Assembly: GCA_963665095.1 (NCBI GenBank) | Contig: OY762069.1 | Coordinates: forward strand, 6,336,001-6,400,000 | DNA: 64,000 nt | Direction of reading: 5' to 3' | Source: an uncultured Desulfobacter sp. | GTDB lineage: Bacteria; Desulfobacterota; Desulfobacteria; Desulfobacterales; Desulfobacteraceae | Shown here: positions 27,994-37,410 of the stretch, piece by piece | How the letters are laid out: each line of letters opens with the position of its first letter | Numbering within the stretch: the stretch's first letter is position 1 | Made by a program: the position numbers and the translations under genes | Notes under the pieces: generated by a model | What the model was told of the DNA's origin: nothing | Database searches by the model: none | Seen by the model: the letters and a program-made list of their open reading frames with translations, nothing else

Positions 27994-29445
27994 ATGGTTA
28001 CTGATTTTAAAAAGCCCTTGGGCGGCACATTGCAGTTGGTGGATGAAACACTGCGTGATGGTACTCAAAGCCTGTGGGGCATGATGATGAGCTACCACAT
28101 GATGGAGCCGGTCATCAATGAAATGGCCCAGGCCGGCTATTATTCCGTCAATCTTCCGGTGCATGTGGCCCAGCCTTTGATCAGCGTTCGTTTCTTTAAA
28201 GAAGACCCCCGGTATCTGTTCCAGATGTTCAAAGACAAACTGGACAAACTGGACACGAAAACCAAGATTATCATAGTTTCCATGGGCATGGCCCTGGACA
28301 TCACGGGAACGGTTGAGAACACAACCATGGTAAGACTGGTCACCAGGCAACTGAAACAATGGCTGCCCAACATCAGTCAGTATCAGTTGATGTGCGGGGT
28401 AGGCGACGAGATTAAAAACACTTTTCCGATTCTGGTGCCAATGCTTCGCTCCCTGGAGATGGAGCCGATCCCCTATCTGGCCATCGGTCACAGTCCCCGT
28501 CATACTGATGAATTTTACGCCAGCAGGGTAAAACATCTTGTTGATACATATAAGCCCATAAGTATCTGCCTTAAGGATGTTGACGGATTGCTGGTTTCGG
28601 ATCGTCTGCGGACACTTATTCCTGCCGTACAGAAAGTCGCCGGGAATACCCCCCTTGAACTCCATATGCACGGCATGAACGGCCAGAATACGTATAATGC
28701 CGTGGTGGCCATGCAGATGGGTATCCGGAAATTTACCACCTGCTGCCCGCCCCTGGCCTACGGCTCTTCCCATCCGTCGGTTTTCAATCTGATCCATAAT
28801 GCGGAGCAGCTTGGCATAAACCACACCATGGACAGGGAAAAGCTTAATATCATAGAGGAACGTCTCACGAAAATTGGCTCAGCCTTTGGGCACCCTGTGG
28901 ATAATCATCCCATGCCCTTTGATCTGTTTTGCTACAAACACCAGGTGCCCGGAGGCGTGATCTCCAACCTCACCACACAGTTGACCCAACTGGGGATTAT
29001 GGACAAGCTGCAGGAGGTGCTGGAGGAAATTCCTCGTATTCTGGTTGATCTGGGTCATCCTGTTATGATTACCCCGTTCTCTCAGTATATTGTCGCCCAG
29101 GCGGTTCTGAATGTGCAGATAGGCCGCTGGGAACAGTGCCTTGACACCATGGTTGAGTTTGCCGCCGGTATTTTCGGGGTTGAAGAGGCAGGCGTTCCTT
29201 ATATGGATCAGAATCTGCGGGATAAACTTTTAAGCCTTCCCCAGGCCAAAAAGATTAAAGAAAAAGCAGATAACCTCATGGAGTACATCCATTCGGAACC
29301 CTCCGTGGAAGAGTGCAAGAAAAGATTTGGTCTATCCCCCAATGATTCAGATGAAGATCTTGTCATGAGAGTCCTTCTGCATGGCGGCGAAGAGATGAAG
29401 CACATCACCCCTGGTGGACCTGATGCGTATAAAAAATATTTATAG
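27994..29445 (+). CDS. biotin-dependent carboxyltransferase (PycB/OadA/5S-like, divergent)
   Basis: ETLRDGTQSL, KDVDG, HMH, HQVPGGVISNL and MITPFSQ motifs. Confidence 0.85.
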   Translation: MVTDFKKPLGGTLQLVDETLRDGTQSLWGMMMSYHMMEPVINEMAQAGYYSVNLPVHVAQPLISVRFFKEDPRYLFQMFKDKLDKLDTKTKIIIVSMGMALDITGTVENTTMVRLVTRQLKQWLPNISQYQLMCGVGDEIKNTFPILVPMLRSLEMEPIPYLAIGHSPRHTDEFYASRVKHLVDTYKPISICLKDVDGLLVSDRLRTLIPAVQKVAGNTPLELHMHGMNGQNTYNAVVAMQMGIRKFTTCCPPLAYGSSHPSVFNLIHNAEQLGINHTMDREKLNIIEERLTKIGSAFGHPVDNHPMPFDLFCYKHQVPGGVISNLTTQLTQLGIMDKLQEVLEEIPRILVDLGHPVMITPFSQYIVAQAVLNVQIGRWEQCLDTMVEFAAGIFGVEEAGVPYMDQNLRDKLLSLPQAKKIKEKADNLMEYIHSEPSVEECKKRFGLSPNDSDEDLVMRVLLHGGEEMKHITPGGPDAYKKYL

Positions 29446-29474
29446 ACAGAAACACAACAAGGAGATCAACGGTT

Positions 29475-29741
29475 ATGAGTGAAGTCAACGAAGACGGTTT
29501 AGTGCCCATTGAAGCGTCGGTAAGCAGTGTTTTTTATCGCAGGCCCAGTCCTGGCGAACCCCCTTTTGTTGAGGAAGGCGATAAAGTTGATGAAGATACC
29601 ATCATCTGTTTACTGGAGATAATGAAGTGTTTTCGTTCCATCAGCGCCGGTGTCAAAGGGACAGTAGAAAAGGTCCTGGTGGAGAGCGGGGTCCTGGTAC
29701 AGAAAGGAGAGCCGGTAATGCTTATCAGGCCGGCAGACTAA
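29475..29741 (+). CDS. biotin carboxyl carrier protein
   Basis: FYRRPSPGEPPFVEEGD and biotinylation motif EIMKC. Confidence 0.9.
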   Translation: MSEVNEDGLVPIEASVSSVFYRRPSPGEPPFVEEGDKVDEDTIICLLEIMKCFRSISAGVKGTVEKVLVESGVLVQKGEPVMLIRPAD

Positions 29742-29760
29742 CCCCGAAAGCTAAAAGGTG

Positions 29761-29794
29761 TGAACTGATGGCCACGAACACTGGCCATCAGTTC
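29761..29794 (+). other. intra-operon stem-loop
   Basis: TGAACTGATGGCCA-CGAACAC-TGGCCATCAGTTCA, 14-bp perfect arms, no U-tract. Confidence 0.65.
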
Positions 29795-29865
29795 ATCAGA
29801 AAAACTGACATTAAGTTAAGGTTGGATGCGAAATTTCTTTTAGAAATGACGAGGTGAATAATTTA

Positions 29866-31230
29866 ATGAAAAAAAGAAAAATACTTATTGCCAACAGGGG
29901 TGAGATTGCCGTCCGCATTATCAAAGCCTGTAAGGAAATTGGCATTCAGACGGTGTTGGTTGTTTCAGAAGCTGATACCCAGAGTATGGGAGCTAAGCTT
30001 GCGGACGAGGTTGTCTGTATCGGGCCGCCCCAGTTTCATTTGAGTTATCTTGATATACAAAAAATTATAACAACGGCTCTGGAGACCGGTGCCGATGCCA
30101 TTCATCCAGGCTATGGCTTCCTTGCTGAAAACCCTGAACTGCCTGAAGCCTGTGAAAAAAACGGGATCATCTTTATTGGACCCAACGCCAGGACAATGAG
30201 GCAACTGGGGGATAAAATAAGTGCAAGGGACCTGGCCTTTAAAAGCAAGGTTCCCATGGCGGTGGGCAGTGGTGGTCTTCACAGTTTCCAGGATGTGGAA
30301 GCACAGGTCGAAAAGTTGGGTTTCCCTGTGATATTTAAAGCCGCTGCCGGTGGCGGCGGGCGTGGAATGCGTGTTGTCTTGGAGCCAAAAGATTTAAAAC
30401 CTGCCTTTGATATGGCGTCAAATGAAGCGTTGCAGGCGTTTGGTGATGCCACGCTATTTGTGGAGCGGTATGTCCAGAATGCCAGGCATGTGGAGGCACA
30501 GGTGATTGCAGATAATTTTGGGAAAGTCATCCATGTGGGCTTACGAGACTGTTCTCCCCAGCGGCATCACCAGAAAGTCATTGAAGAAGCATATCCCCAT
30601 GACCTGCCTGATGATTTAAGGAACAGCATCCTGGAATCGGCCGTAACGCTGATTTCCAGTATCGGCTACAATAATGCAGGTACTGTGGAGTTTCTGGTCG
30701 ATAAGGATCGCAATGAATTTTACTTTATGGAAGTCAACACCCGCATCCAGGTGGAACACCCTGTTACCGAGGAGATAACTGGTATTGACCTGGTAAAAGA
30801 GCAGATTCAGGTGGCCTTCGGGGACCCTCTTTCACTGAACCAGGAGGACGTGAAATTCAAGGGGCATGCCATTGAGTGCCGGATAACGGCAGAAGATACC
30901 AAAGATGATTTTATGCCCTGCCCCGGGATCATAGAAAAATTCGTTGTGCCTGACACAGATACAATACGGGTGGACACCCACTGCTATGAGGGGTACACCA
31001 TCAGCCCGTACTATGACTCTTTAATTGCCAAGCTCATTGTTAAAGGCGATACCCGGGAAGATGCACTGGAAAATATGAAAATCGCATTAAAGGGGATTGA
31101 GATAGAAGGCGTGGAGACGAATATACCTTTCCTGAATTTTATCATTGACCAGCCTGATTTTATTTCAGGCGATATCCATATTAAATGGATAGAAAACAAA
31201 GTGTTACCCAGTTTTCTGGCGTTAAACTAA
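29866..31230 (+). CDS. biotin carboxylase (AccC-like)
   Basis: ILIANRGEIAVR, HPGYGFLAEN, GGGGRGM, RDCS.QR, EVNTRIQVEHPVTE. Confidence 0.93.
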   Translation: MKKRKILIANRGEIAVRIIKACKEIGIQTVLVVSEADTQSMGAKLADEVVCIGPPQFHLSYLDIQKIITTALETGADAIHPGYGFLAENPELPEACEKNGIIFIGPNARTMRQLGDKISARDLAFKSKVPMAVGSGGLHSFQDVEAQVEKLGFPVIFKAAAGGGGRGMRVVLEPKDLKPAFDMASNEALQAFGDATLFVERYVQNARHVEAQVIADNFGKVIHVGLRDCSPQRHHQKVIEEAYPHDLPDDLRNSILESAVTLISSIGYNNAGTVEFLVDKDRNEFYFMEVNTRIQVEHPVTEEITGIDLVKEQIQVAFGDPLSLNQEDVKFKGHAIECRITAEDTKDDFMPCPGIIEKFVVPDTDTIRVDTHCYEGYTISPYYDSLIAKLIVKGDTREDALENMKIALKGIEIEGVETNIPFLNFIIDQPDFISGDIHIKWIENKVLPSFLALN

Positions 31231-31263
31231 AAATTTCCAAACAGGGTTCAGGCGGGGTGTCTT

Positions 31264-32028
31264 ATGGCTAAAGGGGTGAAGCGCCGTTACCGGCAGATTG
31301 AAAAAATTGAAGCAAAAGAAAATCACGGCACATACGGGCAATGGCGAAAGAATTTTTGCATCGAATATCAGGCGCTTCTTGCCCGGTCCCGGGATAATAC
31401 CTACAACGCGCTTCTGAAAAGGCTTGCTTTGAAAGGCGAGAAAATAACCTGCCACAAGGGGTGTACCCATTGCTGCTTTCACTATGTGGCGGTGCCGTTG
31501 GCACATGGTATGGTCATTGTGGATTACTTATATAAACAACGGCAGAAACTAAAACAGTTTATTCAGAGCTATGATAAATGGCGTCATCAAGGTCTGAATA
31601 TTTCAAACAGGATCGACCGGGAAAGAGCCCGGGCCTTTTCACTGTCCATGCCGGTTAACGACATAATCGCAGGTACCAGGCCCTTGTCGGCCCAGTACTT
31701 TGAAGCGAATATTACCTGCCCCTTTCTTGTAAATCAAACTTGTCTGATTTATAATATTCGACCGTTTCCCTGCTCAGGGCAATACTCCGTGACGCCTCCT
31801 GACTTGTGTGCCCCTGACATAGCAGATAAAGCGGTTATATATCAACTTGTACATGACGATGAAGATCTGATTAAATTCCTGGAACTGGCAGGGGCTGACC
31901 TTATGGTTAATGAAATGACGCTGCCAATAATGGTATACAGACTTCTTACCCAAGGGGCGTCATCTGTTCTGGATTCGTTAGATGTTCAAAACCGCGTTGG
32001 TTCATCCCGGAAAGTTGCGGCGTATTAG
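31264..32028 (+). CDS. YkgJ/UPF0153 Cys-cluster (Zn/Fe-chelating) protein
   Basis: CHKGCTHCC and CPFL...CLIYNIRPFPC. Confidence 0.8.
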   Translation: MAKGVKRRYRQIEKIEAKENHGTYGQWRKNFCIEYQALLARSRDNTYNALLKRLALKGEKITCHKGCTHCCFHYVAVPLAHGMVIVDYLYKQRQKLKQFIQSYDKWRHQGLNISNRIDRERARAFSLSMPVNDIIAGTRPLSAQYFEANITCPFLVNQTCLIYNIRPFPCSGQYSVTPPDLCAPDIADKAVIYQLVHDDEDLIKFLELAGADLMVNEMTLPIMVYRLLTQGASSVLDSLDVQNRVGSSRKVAAY

Positions 32029-32160
32029 AGGGCTTAAGGTATCCCGGCTCCCTTTCTTTTAATCTTAAGTTCGGTTTGTCCTTCTGGTGTGCCTACGGGA
32101 AAAATTTTAGATCCGCGTTAAGAGTATTTAAACAACACTGAAATGTAAAGGAGCTGAAGC

Positions 32161-33072
32161 ATGTCTAAAAAAAGAATTATAAACTGTGCCATCACAGGAT
32201 CAATTCATACCCCGAGTATGTCCCAATATCTTCCCTGGAAACCGCAGGATATTGCCCGGCAGGCAATTGATGCGGGCAATGCTGGCGCGGCTGCAGTGCA
32301 TATTCATGCCCGGAATCCTGAAAATGGCTCCCCAACCCCGGATCTGGACATTATGAGGCAGATTGTGGAAACCATTCGCGCTGAATCCGATGTACTGCTT
32401 TGCATAACAACCGGTGGCGGCGTGGGCATGACTGTGGAACAACGGGTGGCTGTTGTGCCGGAATTTAAGCCGGAATTGTCATCAATGAATGCGGGAAGCA
32501 TCAATTTCGGCCTGTTTCCTTTGGCAAAGACAATAAAAAACCCCACCTTTGAATGGGAGAAAGCCTATCTGGAAGCATCCTATGATTTTATCTTTAACAA
32601 TACCTTCAAGGCCATGGAAGGCATGTGCACCATCATGCGGGAAAACGGTACAAAACCGGAACTGGAGGTTTATGACACAGGTCACCTGTATAATATAAAA
32701 TATCTTTTAAAGCTTGGCCTTCTTGAAGAACCCATTTATCTGCAGTTTATTACAGGCGTACTGGGCGGGATCGGCGCTTCTGTGCATGACCTTGTAAATC
32801 TTCATGATACTGCGGAGCGTCTCTTTGGAAAGGGTAATTACAACTGGTCCGCTAACTCGGCAGGGCGGATGGAATTTCCGCTTTGTACAACCAATTTGTT
32901 TCTTGGCGGCCATGTCAGGGTCGGCATGGAAGACAATCTTTTCCTCTCTAAAGGGGTGCCCGCCAAGAGCAATGCGCAATTGGTGGAAAAGATGGTGCGC
33001 ATTATGGGTGAATTTGATTTCGAGCCGGCCTCCCCGGATGAGGCCAGGGAAATTTTGAAATTGAGAAAATGA
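32161..33072 (+). CDS. beta-keto acid cleavage enzyme (BKACE/Kce, DUF849)
   Basis: CAITGSIHTP, HIHAR, TTGGG, PELEVYD, HVRVGMEDN. Confidence 0.9.
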   Translation: MSKKRIINCAITGSIHTPSMSQYLPWKPQDIARQAIDAGNAGAAAVHIHARNPENGSPTPDLDIMRQIVETIRAESDVLLCITTGGGVGMTVEQRVAVVPEFKPELSSMNAGSINFGLFPLAKTIKNPTFEWEKAYLEASYDFIFNNTFKAMEGMCTIMRENGTKPELEVYDTGHLYNIKYLLKLGLLEEPIYLQFITGVLGGIGASVHDLVNLHDTAERLFGKGNYNWSANSAGRMEFPLCTTNLFLGGHVRVGMEDNLFLSKGVPAKSNAQLVEKMVRIMGEFDFEPASPDEAREILKLRK

Positions 33073-33104
33073 GAGCGCTAATCAATTAAAACAAGGAGGC
33101 CAGG

Positions 33105-34253
33105 GTGGATTTTGACCTAACCAAAGAGCAGGAAATGGTTCGCAAGGAAGTCCGGAAATTTGCCCGGAAGGAAATTGCGCCCATTGCGGCAGAGCTTGAC
33201 GATAAAGAGGAATTTTCTGTAGAGTTGACCAAAAAGATGGGTGACATCGGTCTTTTCGGTATGTTTGTCTCTGATGAGTATGGCGGCCAGGCCATGGACT
33301 ATATCTCTTATATCATTGCCGTTGAAGAGGTGGCGCGTATAGACGGATCACAGGCCGCAACCATTGCAGCGGGCAACTCACTGGGGATCGGCCCCCTCTT
33401 TTACTTTGGTACAGAGGCGCAAAAGAAAAAATATCTGCCCAGGCTTTGTACCGGAGAGGGACTGTGGGGATTTGGACTGACAGAGCCCACGGCCGGCTCC
33501 GATGCCGGCGGATCCAAAACAACCGCAGTGCTGGACGGGGATGAATGGGTGATCAACGGGTCGAAAATATTTATCACCAATGCGGCCTGTGAATTGACCA
33601 TGGGAGTCACGGTTCAGTGCATCACAGGAACCCGGGACAACGGGAAACCCGAATATACCTGTATTATTGTTGAACCTGGCACTCCGGGATTCAAGGCCGT
33701 TCCCATGCATAAAAAAATGATGTGGCGTGCCTCCAATACGGCAGAGCTCTATTTTGACAATGTCCGGGTGCCCAAGGAAAACATTCTGGGTAAAAAAGGG
33801 GACGGATTTCGTCAGATGCTGTCCACCCTGGACGGGGGACGGCTTTCCATCGGCGCCATGGGACTTGGCGGGGCACAGGGGGCCTTTGACATCGCCCTGA
33901 AATATGCGAAAGAAAGGCATCAGTTCAACCAGCCCATTTCCAAATTCCAGGCCAACGCCTTTAAGCTGTCTGACTGTGCCATGGAGATCGAATGTGCCAG
34001 AAACCTTTTGTACAAGGCATGCTGGCTTAAATCCAATCATCGCCCCTTTGGTAAGGAAGCAGCCATGGGCAAGCTTTATTGTTCCGAACTCATGGGCCGG
34101 GTGGCTAACCATGCCGTACAGATACACGGCGGCTACGGGCTCATGAAAGAGTATCATGTGGAACGGTTTTACCGGGACCAGAAGCTCCTTGATATCGGGG
34201 AGGGCACTTCAGAGATCCAGAGGCTGGTTATTTCAAGATACATTGGGTGTTAA
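33105..34253 (+). CDS. acyl-CoA dehydrogenase (short/branched chain type)
   Basis: LTEPTAGSD, NGSKIFITN, GGYG, IGEGTSEIQR; AAGGAGG before the GTG start. Confidence 0.92.
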   Translation: MDFDLTKEQEMVRKEVRKFARKEIAPIAAELDDKEEFSVELTKKMGDIGLFGMFVSDEYGGQAMDYISYIIAVEEVARIDGSQAATIAAGNSLGIGPLFYFGTEAQKKKYLPRLCTGEGLWGFGLTEPTAGSDAGGSKTTAVLDGDEWVINGSKIFITNAACELTMGVTVQCITGTRDNGKPEYTCIIVEPGTPGFKAVPMHKKMMWRASNTAELYFDNVRVPKENILGKKGDGFRQMLSTLDGGRLSIGAMGLGGAQGAFDIALKYAKERHQFNQPISKFQANAFKLSDCAMEIECARNLLYKACWLKSNHRPFGKEAAMGKLYCSELMGRVANHAVQIHGGYGLMKEYHVERFYRDQKLLDIGEGTSEIQRLVISRYIGC

Positions 34254-34279
34254 TCATCCTTCAATAATTAGGAGATACC

Positions 34280-34915
34280 ATGGAAAAAGAGGAAAAATTC
34301 CCCTACATCAATGCGGACTATTTTGAAGGCCTCACCGGAGACATCCAGGACGGGGACTCCGGAACGCTGGATGACGTCGGTGCCCGGATTAAACACCTTA
34401 GAGAGGAGAGGGGGCTTACCCTGCAGTCGCTTTCTGATTTAACCGGATTTGACGTGTCCCGGCTTGAGGCCATTGAAAGTGGAGAATTCAAACCCCAGCT
34501 TGGCATGATTATGAAACTGTCCAAGGCCCTTGACCTTGCAGTGGGCAGACTGGTGTCTGGGGTGGGAACAAGCCTTTACGCCATTACCCGGAAAAACGAG
34601 AGAAAACCCATTGCAAGATCTGCCTCCAAAATCGGCAAAAAACATGAGTATGCCTATATGAGTCTGGCCCCGGAAGTTCAGGGCAGGCACATGGAGGCAT
34701 TAATCGTCCAGTTGGAACAAAGCCAGGAAAAAGAAATTTCCGTTCACAACGGCGAAGAATTTATTTTTGTCCTTAATGGAGAGGTTAATCTGACCATTGC
34801 AAAGGAGTCCTATGATCTTGAACCGGGCGACAGCGCCTATTATTTATCAACCACCCCCCACTACATCACTGCAAAAACAGAAAAAGCCACCATACTTGCA
34901 GTGCTGTATGAATAG
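34280..34915 (+). CDS. XRE-family HTH regulator with cupin domain
   Basis: IKHLREERGLTL HTH; HNGEEFIFVL..GDSAY..PH cupin. Confidence 0.88.
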   Translation: MEKEEKFPYINADYFEGLTGDIQDGDSGTLDDVGARIKHLREERGLTLQSLSDLTGFDVSRLEAIESGEFKPQLGMIMKLSKALDLAVGRLVSGVGTSLYAITRKNERKPIARSASKIGKKHEYAYMSLAPEVQGRHMEALIVQLEQSQEKEISVHNGEEFIFVLNGEVNLTIAKESYDLEPGDSAYYLSTTPHYITAKTEKATILAVLYE

Positions 34916-34952
34916 GTATATGTTGTGACAAAAACTAGTTAGGACTTGGGAA

Positions 34953-35774
34953 ATGAAAAAAAATATACACACATTGTTTTTTAGCGCTACCGGTACAACA
35001 AAGCAAATTGTAACAGGTATTGCAAAACAAATTGCCAAAAACGCCGGCGAAGAAATTGCAATCAGTCATATCGACTTTACACTGCCTAAAATTCGGGAAA
35101 AATCTTTTTCCTTTGGCAAAGAGGATCTTGTTATTGCAGGTGTTCCGGTTTACGCCGGGCGCGTACCCAATGTGCTGCTCAAATTCTTAAACACCATTGC
35201 CGGTAACGGTGCAACGGCAGTGGCAATTGTCCTTTATGGAAACCGTCATTATGATGACGCATTGATAGAGTTCAAGGATATTCTGGAAGCAGACGGTTTT
35301 AATGTTATCGCCGGTGGCGCGTTTATAGGTGAACACTCCTTTTCAACCACCCTTGGCGCAGGCAGGCCCAACCAGCAGGATATGACCATCGCTGCGGAAT
35401 TTGCAGATAAAATTTATGATAAACTGAAGATGCCGGATGAGGATTCCCCGGTGGTGGTAAAAGGAAATCAACCCTATAAAAGCTATTACATACCTAAGGA
35501 CCAGGATGGAAATCCGGTAAGTATTCTCAAGGTCATTCCCAAAACAAATAATGACTGCACGGACTGCAAGCTGTGCAGTGAGGTTTGTCCCATGGGATCA
35601 ATTGACGCCGGCGATGTTTCCAAAATAACAGGCATATGTATTAAATGCTGTGCCTGTATCAAAAAATGTCCTGTTGGGGCAAAGTATTTTGATGATGACA
35701 ATTATCTATGGCATAAAACTGAACTGGAGGAGAAGTTTACTGATACACGGCGGGAACCGGAATATTTTGTCTGA
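34953..35774 (+). CDS. EFR1-type flavodoxin-ferredoxin fusion
   Basis: FSATGTT, PVYAGRVP, YGNRHYDDAL, CTDCKLCSEVCP and CIKCCACIKKCP. Confidence 0.85.
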   Translation: MKKNIHTLFFSATGTTKQIVTGIAKQIAKNAGEEIAISHIDFTLPKIREKSFSFGKEDLVIAGVPVYAGRVPNVLLKFLNTIAGNGATAVAIVLYGNRHYDDALIEFKDILEADGFNVIAGGAFIGEHSFSTTLGAGRPNQQDMTIAAEFADKIYDKLKMPDEDSPVVVKGNQPYKSYYIPKDQDGNPVSILKVIPKTNNDCTDCKLCSEVCPMGSIDAGDVSKITGICIKCCACIKKCPVGAKYFDDDNYLWHKTELEEKFTDTRREPEYFV

Positions 35775-35777
35775 TCA

Positions 35778-36431
35778 TTATATTTCCAGGGCGATGTGAT
35801 CAACTATCGCCCTTATTTCACCAAGCCTTGCCGGAATATCCCGGGCACCAAGGATGTCAGAGATCAGGCAGAAGGTTGTGGCCCCATGGGCAGCCACGGC
35901 ATTTATGTTCTCCCGCTTGATGCCGCCGATGGCTGTAAATGGAATGTTTTTAAGGGATGCGGCATGTTCAATCAGGGGAAAACCAACCGTGTCGCTGGCA
36001 TCTTTTTTGGTCTGTGTGGCATAGACCGGTCCCACACCGATGTAGTCCACCTGGTCGTCAATGGCCTTTGCAATCTGTTCCGGGCTGTGGGTGGAACAGC
36101 CCACCATGAGATGGGGGTAGCGTTTTTTGACCAGGCCTGCGGGCAGGTCCTCCTGTCCTAAATGGACCCCGTCCGCTCCGGATAAAAGCGCAATATCCAG
36201 AAAATCATTCACGATAAAAGGAATACCCGCTTCCCGGGCCATGGCCGCAATTTGTGAGCATTCGGCAAGCATGACGCCCCGGTCCTTTTCATGGGCCTTT
36301 TCCCGGTACTGAAGAATATTTACCCCCCCTTTGATCAGCATGTCAGCCGTGTGAATATTGGACCTGCCAAGTGAGAAAGCTTCTCCTAAAATACCATATA
36401 TACCTTTGGGAAATTTATCTCTTAAATCCAT
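35778..36431 (-). CDS. thiE: thiamine-phosphate synthase
   Basis: QYREK, IVND, DGVHLGQED, GCSTHS, GPVYATQTK, AIGGI. Confidence 0.92.
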   Translation of the reverse strand: MDLRDKFPKGIYGILGEAFSLGRSNIHTADMLIKGGVNILQYREKAHEKDRGVMLAECSQIAAMAREAGIPFIVNDFLDIALLSGADGVHLGQEDLPAGLVKKRYPHLMVGCSTHSPEQIAKAIDDQVDYIGVGPVYATQTKKDASDTVGFPLIEHAASLKNIPFTAIGGIKRENINAVAAHGATTFCLISDILGARDIPARLGEIRAIVDHIALEI

Positions 36432-36455
36432 TTACGCTTCCTGTCGTTGACCGGG

Positions 36456-37301
36456 TTACACAGAGACCAGCACCAGAGATACAAAGGCCGCGCCTACGCC
36501 TGCCCACTGCAGGGGCAAAAGGCGTTCCTTGAGGAATATAACCGCGAGCAGCACTGTGGCGGCCGGATAAAGGGAGCCTAAAACAGCGGCAATGTCCAGG
36601 CGGCCGGTGCGGGCTGCCATGGAAAACAGACAGTTGCCGCAGGCATCCAGGACGCCGCCAAGGACCACAAAAGACCACTGGCCTGACGCCGGCAGGCAGG
36701 GCTTTTTTGTGACTCCCATGAATATCAGCAGAAGAGATACGGAAAAGACCCTTGCACTGACCAGGGGCCAGAAAACAGACTGATCATTGGCTTTGTCAAT
36801 CAGGATGAAAAACAGCCCGAATGCAAGCCCGGATAAAAAGGCGATCACAAATTCATTCAGGGTCATCCGGAAGGCAATATCCCCTGATGCCAGAAGCCAG
36901 ACCGCCACAACAAAACAGACAAACCCCGCCATTTGCATCAAAGAGGGCAGGCCGATGTGAAACATGGTGTATCCCACAGGCAAAAGGGCGGTTAAAACTG
37001 CGGAGAGAGGTGCTACAATCCCCATGCGTCCGGTGGACAGGCCATGGTAGAGGGCCAGAAGCCCGCATATTCCCAGGCTGCCTGCCAGCCCGCCGTAAAG
37101 CAGGTGGGAAACCTGCGGCAGTGCTTCTGAAACAGCAAGTGCGGCAAACAGCATGACAACGGCGCCAATGATCTGGCAGAAAAGTACCACAGCAAAAATC
37201 CGGCCTTTTCTGGAGGCCAGTCCACCGTTAAAATCACCTGCACCCCAGGCAAAGGCACTGGCCAGTCCGTACAGGATCGCTATGGGTTCCGATGTCATCA
37301 T
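36456..37301 (-). CDS. EamA/DMT family transporter
   Basis: About 10 TM segments, WGAGDF.GG, SLYPAATVLLA..LKERL. Confidence 0.85.
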   Translation of the reverse strand: MMTSEPIAILYGLASAFAWGAGDFNGGLASRKGRIFAVVLFCQIIGAVVMLFAALAVSEALPQVSHLLYGGLAGSLGICGLLALYHGLSTGRMGIVAPLSAVLTALLPVGYTMFHIGLPSLMQMAGFVCFVVAVWLLASGDIAFRMTLNEFVIAFLSGLAFGLFFILIDKANDQSVFWPLVSARVFSVSLLLIFMGVTKKPCLPASGQWSFVVLGGVLDACGNCLFSMAARTGRLDIAAVLGSLYPAATVLLAVIFLKERLLPLQWAGVGAAFVSLVLVSV

Positions 37302-37410
37302 CCGGCCCTTATACAGCAGAACTTTTAAAAAGTCATCCGGTCTTTCCATGCCGGGCAGGAAAAAGATTGGGGGGACCCTGGGGTGCCCCATGCAGTATTG
37401 TCACAAGTGG

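Noticed and set aside
27910..28824. 304-aa minus-strand ORF
   Set aside because: Antisense to the carboxyltransferase, with no recognisable motifs.
27994..31230. Calling the cluster pyruvate carboxylase, oxaloacetate decarboxylase or acetyl-CoA carboxylase
   Set aside because: Substrate-pocket motifs are diverged, and there is no OadB/OadG membrane subunit or AccA/AccD here; gene symbols withheld.
33378..34157. 259-aa minus-strand ORF
   Set aside because: Antisense shadow of the acyl-CoA dehydrogenase.
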